A stretch of DNA of 64,000 bases, taken from the NCBI GenBank assembly GCA_035703305.1, contig DASSYJ010000125.1, positions 8,013 to 72,012 of the forward strand. Reading direction: 5' to 3'. The notes under the pieces are model-generated. The model saw only the letters and a program-made list of their open reading frames with translations, did not search any database and was not told the origin of the DNA. A program made the position numbers and the translations under genes. This document shows positions 58,755 through 64,000 of the stretch, piece by piece. The stretch comes from Ornithinibacter sp. (lineage in GTDB: Bacteria; Actinomycetota; Actinomycetes; Actinomycetales; Dermatophilaceae). Position 1 is the first letter of the stretch. Every line of letters begins with the position of its first letter.

Positions 58755-59915
58755 GTGACACGGGTCGAGGTGGTCGTGGTCGGCGCGGGACCGGGCGGAC
58801 TGGCGGTCGCGGCGGCCCTCAAGGCGCACGGGGTGGAGGCCCTCGTCGTCGACCGCAACCCCCGCGTGGGCAGCTCCTGGCGGGGCCACTACGACCGGCT
58901 GCACCTCCACACGCCGCGTCGCTGGTCGGGCCTTCCCGGTTACCCCATCCCCCGCCGGTTCGGCCGGTGGGTGGCCAGGGACGACGTCGTCCGCTACCTC
59001 GAGGAGTACGCCGCGCACCACCGCCTCACCCTCCGCCTCGGGTCCGGTGTGACCCGCGTGGACCGCTCCGGGCCCGGCGCCTCCGAGGGCGCGCGCTGGG
59101 TGGTCCGGCTCGAGGACGGCGCCACGGTCGAGGCGCGCCACGTCGTCGTCGCGACCGGCAACAGCAACACCCTCGACGCGCCGGACTGGCCGGGCCTCGC
59201 CGGCTTCACCGGCGAGGTCGTCCTCGCCCCGGACTACCGCAACGGCCGGTCGTATGCCGGTCGCGACGTCCTCGTCGTCGGCACCGGGAACACCGGGACC
59301 GAGATCGCCACCGACCTCGCGGAGCACGGGGCGACCCGCGTCTGGCTGTCGGTCCGGACGCCGCCCCACATCGTGCCCCGGACCCGGCTCGGCTGGCCCG
59401 CGCAGGGCACCGGCATCCTCGTCCACCGCCTGCCGCCTCGGGTCGTCGACCGCCTGGGGGCCGTGCTGGCGGTCGTGCAGGAACCCGACCTCACGGCATA
59501 CGGCATGCCGAAGCCCGCTGCCGACGTGTACTCGCGCGCGCTCAGGGGGCGCATCCCGGTGCAGGACGTGGGCATCGTCGAGGCGATCCGGGCAGGCCGG
59601 GTCGAGCCGGTTGCCGCGGTCGTGTCGTGCGACGGGCCCGAGGTCGTGCTCGCGGACGGGTCGCGCATCCGGCCGGATGCCGTCCTGGTGGCGACCGGCT
59701 ACCGGCCGAACCTCGAGCCCCTCGTCGGCCACCTCGGCGTCCTCGGGGACGGCGGACTGCCTGTGGCGAACGGCGCCGACGAGCCGCCGGGCGCTCCCGG
59801 GCTGTGGTTCACCGGGTTCCGGCCCACGATCGCCGGGCTGCTGCGCGAGCTGCGCATCGACGCGGGACGCATCGCGTCGGCAGTCAGCCGGGAAGACGCT
59901 CCGTCTCGAGCGTGA
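58755..59915 (+). CDS. Flavin-containing monooxygenase (YUCCA/CzcO-like)
   Basis: GAGPGG, WRGHYDRLHLHT, VATG, GTGNTG, ATGY. Confidence 0.9.
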   Translation: MTRVEVVVVGAGPGGLAVAAALKAHGVEALVVDRNPRVGSSWRGHYDRLHLHTPRRWSGLPGYPIPRRFGRWVARDDVVRYLEEYAAHHRLTLRLGSGVTRVDRSGPGASEGARWVVRLEDGATVEARHVVVATGNSNTLDAPDWPGLAGFTGEVVLAPDYRNGRSYAGRDVLVVGTGNTGTEIATDLAEHGATRVWLSVRTPPHIVPRTRLGWPAQGTGILVHRLPPRVVDRLGAVLAVVQEPDLTAYGMPKPAADVYSRALRGRIPVQDVGIVEAIRAGRVEPVAAVVSCDGPEVVLADGSRIRPDAVLVATGYRPNLEPLVGHLGVLGDGGLPVANGADEPPGAPGLWFTGFRPTIAGLLRELRIDAGRIASAVSREDAPSRA

Positions 59916-61188
59916 ACGCGTGGTTCCGGAGCCGCTCCACGAGTGGCATCCCGATGGCGGTGGCGGGGGTCAGCACCCCCGCGGCCTCGGGAAGCCGGTC
60001 GGCGTCCTCGACGAGGGCGAGCGCGGCCTGGCCGAGCATGACGGCAGTGCCGCTGTAGCCGGGGTCGTACGGAGCCGCGACCACCGTGCGGTAGCGCGCT
60101 CCGCTGCTCGCCTCGCCGAACACCTCCATCCGGAAGCGCCCCGACGCCATCCTCTGCTCGCTCGGCCCCTCGCCGGGCTTCGGGAGGACGCGGTCGAGGA
60201 GCGCGCGGGTCGGGGCGAACCCCAGCCCGGCCCGGACGCCGCCCAGCCCGAGCGTCGCCACAGCGGCGGTGACCGCGGCAGCCGGCCCCGCGCCGTAGTC
60301 GGTGTACTCGACGTGACGGAAACGAGGTCCGTAGCCGAGGAGCGAGGCCGACCGGGCGACGACCCGCGTGTTGAAGCCGGCCATGAAGAACGGGCCGGTG
60401 AAGTGGCCGTCGTCCGGGTCGCGCCTGACAGGTGCCGCCTTCCGCACCACCTCCAGGATGCCGCCGATCCCACCGCGCGGGGATGCCGTCGCGTCACCCC
60501 GGCCGGCGCCGGTTTCCCCGGGCTCCGGCAGACTCGCTGGTCGGCCGCCGTCGACGAGGGCCCACGGGTCACGGACGATGCGATGCGCCTCCTCGTCGCC
60601 CTTGAGCTCGTCGGCCTCGGTGCGGGCGGTGTCGATCGTCCCGCCGCTGACGCCGCCGCGCAGGCTGCGCACGACGAGGTGCGTGCGGTCGAGGTCGGCA
60701 CCGTCGGCCCGCGCGGCCTCGGCCGTGAGGAAGACGCCGAGGTCGCTCGGGACCGAGTCGAACCCGCAGGCGTGGACGATCCGGGCGCCCGTCCGCCTCG
60801 CCGTGTCGTGGTTGGCCGCGATGCTCCGGTGGATGAAGAGCACCTCGCCGGTGAGGTCGCAGTAGTGGGTGCCCGCCACGGCACACGCCGCCGCCAGCGG
60901 GACGCCGTACTTGAGGTAGGGACCGACCGTCGTGACGACGACCCGGGTCCGGCGCGCGAGGTCGCCGACGGCGTCCTCGTCGCTCGCGTCGACGGCGAGC
61001 AGGGGCCAGTCCGCAGCCGCCGGTCCGAGGTCACGCGCCAGGTCCTGGAGCCGGGTGAGGGACCTGCCGGCCAGGGCGATCCGCAGCCCCGGGGGCGCCT
61101 CGCCGGCGAGGTGCTGGGCCGTGAGGCGGCCGACGAAGCCGGTGGCGCCGAACAGGACGATGTCGAGCTCTCGCGTGCCGCGGGTCAT
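59884..61188 (-). CDS. Saccharopine dehydrogenase-like / trans-acting enoyl reductase family protein
   Basis: FGATGFVG, TVGPY, HYCDLTGE, CGFDSVPSDLG, DPGY. Confidence 0.9.
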   Translation of the reverse strand: MTRGTRELDIVLFGATGFVGRLTAQHLAGEAPPGLRIALAGRSLTRLQDLARDLGPAAADWPLLAVDASDEDAVGDLARRTRVVVTTVGPYLKYGVPLAAACAVAGTHYCDLTGEVLFIHRSIAANHDTARRTGARIVHACGFDSVPSDLGVFLTAEAARADGADLDRTHLVVRSLRGGVSGGTIDTARTEADELKGDEEAHRIVRDPWALVDGGRPASLPEPGETGAGRGDATASPRGGIGGILEVVRKAAPVRRDPDDGHFTGPFFMAGFNTRVVARSASLLGYGPRFRHVEYTDYGAGPAAAVTAAVATLGLGGVRAGLGFAPTRALLDRVLPKPGEGPSEQRMASGRFRMEVFGEASSGARYRTVVAAPYDPGYSGTAVMLGQAALALVEDADRLPEAAGVLTPATAIGMPLVERLRNHAFTLETERLPG

Positions 61189-61246
61189 GGCCACACCCTA
61201 GGTCTGCCCGACCGGGATCCGACGCGGAGCACCGGTGGTCCCTTTC

Positions 61247-62326
61247 TCACGGGACGACGACGACCTTGTGGGCCGTCGCGTCGGAGCGCAGCGCCTCGAG
61301 GGCCTCGCCGTACCGGTCGAGCGGGAACCGGTGGGTGATCATGCCGTCCGTGCGGGCCCGCCCGGCTCGGAGGGCCGCGAGGGCCGCGGGGAAGGAGCTG
61401 ATCTCCGCGAACGACCCCTTGATGGTCAGCTCCCTCCGGAAGACGTCGTAGGGCGACACGGCCACCAGGTCCTCCTCGTCGGTCACGCCGTAGAAGACCG
61501 CCGTGCCGCCGTTGCGGGTCAGCGGGACGAGGACCTCGGCGACGCGCGCCGCTCCCGTCGCGTCGACGACGACGTCGTACCCCGACCCGCCGGAGAGGTC
61601 GCGCAGCGACCGCACGTCGCCCGCGAGGTTCCCGCGGTCCATCCGGTAGGTGCTGTCGGCTCCCAGGGCGGTCGCGAGCTCGAGCTTGAAGGCGGTGGGG
61701 GCGGCCACCGTGACGTGGGACGCGCCCGCAGCACGGAGGAGCTGCGCGAGCAGGAGGCCGGTCGGCCCGGCGCCGAACACGAGGGCCGTCGAGCCGTGGC
61801 GGGGCGCGATGACGTCGATGCCGTGTGCCGCGCAGGACGTCGGCTCCGCGAAGACCGCCGTGTCGACGTCGAGGCCCTCGGCGGAGAACACCTGGGAGGC
61901 GGGTGCGACGACGTACTCCGCGAAGGCTCCCGGCAGGTTGGACCCGACCCCGGTCAGGGCGTCGCACAGCAGGGAGCGCCCCTCACGGCAGTACGCGCAG
62001 TGGCCGCAGCTCGCGTTGGGGTTGACGACGACTCGCTCACCGACCCGGGGGACGTCCTGGTCCATCGGGGAGCCGCCCGGCCCCCCGCCCGGGGCACCTC
62101 TCGGCTCGCCGCCCAGTCCGCTGCCCAGGGCGTCGACCACCCCGACGGTCTCGTGCCCGGGGACCATCGGGTATGCCGCCATGAACCGGCCCTCGTGGAG
62201 GTGCAGGTCGGTGCCGCACACGCCCGTCTGGAGGACACGGACGCGGACGTCGCGCGGGCCCGGCTCGGGGAGGGGGACCTCTGTGACGGTGAAGCGCCGG
62301 GGTGCGTCGTAGACGACGGCCCTCAT
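61247..62326 (-). CDS. Zinc-dependent polyol dehydrogenase
   Basis: GVCGTD, PGHE, CGHCAYC...C, EPTSC, GAGPTG. Confidence 0.9.
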   Translation of the reverse strand: MRAVVYDAPRRFTVTEVPLPEPGPRDVRVRVLQTGVCGTDLHLHEGRFMAAYPMVPGHETVGVVDALGSGLGGEPRGAPGGGPGGSPMDQDVPRVGERVVVNPNASCGHCAYCREGRSLLCDALTGVGSNLPGAFAEYVVAPASQVFSAEGLDVDTAVFAEPTSCAAHGIDVIAPRHGSTALVFGAGPTGLLLAQLLRAAGASHVTVAAPTAFKLELATALGADSTYRMDRGNLAGDVRSLRDLSGGSGYDVVVDATGAARVAEVLVPLTRNGGTAVFYGVTDEEDLVAVSPYDVFRRELTIKGSFAEISSFPAALAALRAGRARTDGMITHRFPLDRYGEALEALRSDATAHKVVVVP

Positions 62327-62392
62327 CTCGTGCTCCCTTCGAGCGGGTGCCGGCTGCCGCACCGACCGAGCACGCCGGCCGACGGGGTGCGG

Positions 62393-63844
62393 TCAGCTGG
62401 TGGCACCGGGGTGGACGGCCGCGAGCGTCGCGGCATACCGGGCCCTCGTCTCCTCCGCCCGATCCGGCTCGGACGGGTCGACCGTGACGTCGAGCCCCAC
62501 GTCCCACCGAGGAGCCCGGTCGGCGCCGGACAGCGCCCAGGCCGCCTGGCGCGCGGCGCCGATCGCGACGTACTCCCCGGGGGTCGGCACGGCGACCGGC
62601 GCGCCGAGGAGCGCCGGGGCGACCTGGCGGACCGCCGCCGAGGCCGCGGCGCCACCGATGAGGAGGACACGGTCGACCGGGCAGCCGACGCCACGCACGG
62701 CGTCGACCGCCGCGGCGAGACCGAGCAGCATCCCCTCGACGACGGCCCGGGCGAGGTTCTCCGGGGTCGCGTTGGCCCGGGTGACGCCGTGGAGCGATCC
62801 GGTCGCCGACGGGAGGTTCGGGGTGCGCTCGCCGTCGAGGTAGGGGAGGAGGGTGAGGCCCTCGGCGCCGGGCTCGGCGGCCAGCGCCAGGCGGTCGAGG
62901 CCAGAGAGGTCGGTGCCGAGCATCGAGGCGCCCGCCGTGAGGACCCGCGCGGCGTTGAGGGTGCAGACGAGCGGCAGGAAGGCACCTTCGGCATCCGCGA
63001 AGGACTGGACCGTGCCGGTGGGGTCGGCCGACGGCCGCGAGTGGCGGGCGAACGCCGTGCCGCTCGTGCCGAGCGAGACGACGCAGTCGCCGGGCTCGAG
63101 GCCGAGACCGAACGCCGCGGCCATGTTGTCGCCGGTGCCCGCGGCGACCGCGACGCCGCTCGACGTGTGTCCCACCACCTCGGCGGGGTCCGCGACGCGT
63201 GGCACCTCGAGGTCCCGGCCGGCCGCCCGGCGCAGCAGGTCGGGCCGGTACGACCGGTCGCCGGCCGACCAGTAGCCGGTGCCGGACGCGTCACCACCGT
63301 CGGTGGTCCAGCTCCCCGGCCCGCGGGAGCCGGGCCCGTCCGAGCGGCCGCCGCCCGACCCGGCAGCGAGGATGCGGCCGGTGAGCCAGTCATGCGGCAG
63401 CACGCAGGTGCGCGCCCGGGCCAGCGCGTCGGCCTCGTGGTGGGCGACCCACCGGATCTTGCTCACCGTGGTGGCGGCCACGGGCACGAGGCCGGTCCGG
63501 TCCGCCCAGGCCTGGGCGCCCAGCTCCTCGACGAGCTCTCGGGCCGCGTGTGCCGAGCGCGTGTCGTTCCACAGCAGCGCCGGGCGGACGACCTCGTCGT
63601 GCTCGTCGAGCAGGACCATCCCGTGCTGCTGGCCACCAACGGCGAGGGCCGACACCCCGTCGAGGAGGGAGTCCCCGCTCGCCTCCTCCCAGGCCGTCCA
63701 CCAGTGGCGTGGGTCCACCTCGGTGCCATCGGGGTGGCTCGCGCGACCGGTGCGGACCACCTCGCCGGTCTCGGCGTCGCAGACGACGACCTTGCACGAC
63801 TGCGTCGAGGTGTCGACACCGGCGACGAGCGGGTGGTCCGGCAT
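62393..63844 (-). CDS. xylB: Xylulokinase (FGGY kinase)
   Basis: GVDTSTQSCK, GQQHGMV, ALLWNDTRS, GTGDNMAAA, SLGTSG, PYLDGERTP. Confidence 0.88.
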   Translation of the reverse strand: MPDHPLVAGVDTSTQSCKVVVCDAETGEVVRTGRASHPDGTEVDPRHWWTAWEEASGDSLLDGVSALAVGGQQHGMVLLDEHDEVVRPALLWNDTRSAHAARELVEELGAQAWADRTGLVPVAATTVSKIRWVAHHEADALARARTCVLPHDWLTGRILAAGSGGGRSDGPGSRGPGSWTTDGGDASGTGYWSAGDRSYRPDLLRRAAGRDLEVPRVADPAEVVGHTSSGVAVAAGTGDNMAAAFGLGLEPGDCVVSLGTSGTAFARHSRPSADPTGTVQSFADAEGAFLPLVCTLNAARVLTAGASMLGTDLSGLDRLALAAEPGAEGLTLLPYLDGERTPNLPSATGSLHGVTRANATPENLARAVVEGMLLGLAAAVDAVRGVGCPVDRVLLIGGAAASAAVRQVAPALLGAPVAVPTPGEYVAIGAARQAAWALSGADRAPRWDVGLDVTVDPSEPDRAEETRARYAATLAAVHPGATS

Positions 63845-63861
63845 GGAGGTCCTCCAGGGGC

Positions 63862-64000
63862 TCAGTGCTGTTCGGCGAGGCTCCACATGGTCCAGAGCTC
63901 GGTGCGCATCCGCCGCGGCTGGGTCAGCGTGTAGATGATCGCGCCGCCGATGTCGGCCGGCTGCATGAAGGGCCCGTGCTCGGGGTCGCCCTCCCCGAAG
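63862..64000 (-). CDS. C-terminus of a probable SDR oxidoreductase; runs off the right edge
   Basis: Hand translation FGEGDPEHGPFMQPADIGGAIIYTLTQPRRMRTELWTMWSLAEQH*; 'MQPADIxxAIxYxLxQP' is a typical SDR ending. Confidence 0.6.
   Translation of the reverse strand, partial: FGEGDPEHGPFMQPADIGGAIIYTLTQPRRMRTELWTMWSLAEQH

Overview
A 64-kb chromosomal segment from a very GC-rich (~73%) actinobacterium; gene content and style resemble Micrococcales/Intrasporangiaceae (inference). About 60 densely packed CDSs, mostly metabolic: a partial polyprenyl synthase, WS/DGAT plus lipase, fumC, a SWIM-SNF2 helicase, polyamine catabolism genes, SulP, HU, a thioredoxin/CsoR-family/CoA-disulfide reductase-rhodanese cluster, a JmjC cupin, a cNMP-CBS-DUF294 plus exonuclease pair, LysR, TetR-MmpL, asnA, nadE, a molybdopterin oxidoreductase, an acyl-CoA dehydrogenase/phosphotransferase/SDR operon and a polyol/xylulose catabolic operon. 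I recognised no rRNA, tRNA, CRISPR-Cas, integrase or transposase. The most notable signals are: (1) a non-palindromic octamer, GKATGCCG/CGGCATMC, seen more than 110 times by eye, which imposes rare codons inside genes; (2) an orphan contractile-tail sheath gene beside a CAP-domain gene; (3) a CstR-like regulon with three ATACC-N6-GGTAT operators that includes a 53-aa Cys-rich protein; (4) an unannotated 22-aa ORF translationally coupled to the JmjC oxygenase; and (5) several REP/MITE-like palindromic elements. Many start codons were re-chosen by hand and are approximate; all product calls come from motif recognition, not database searches.
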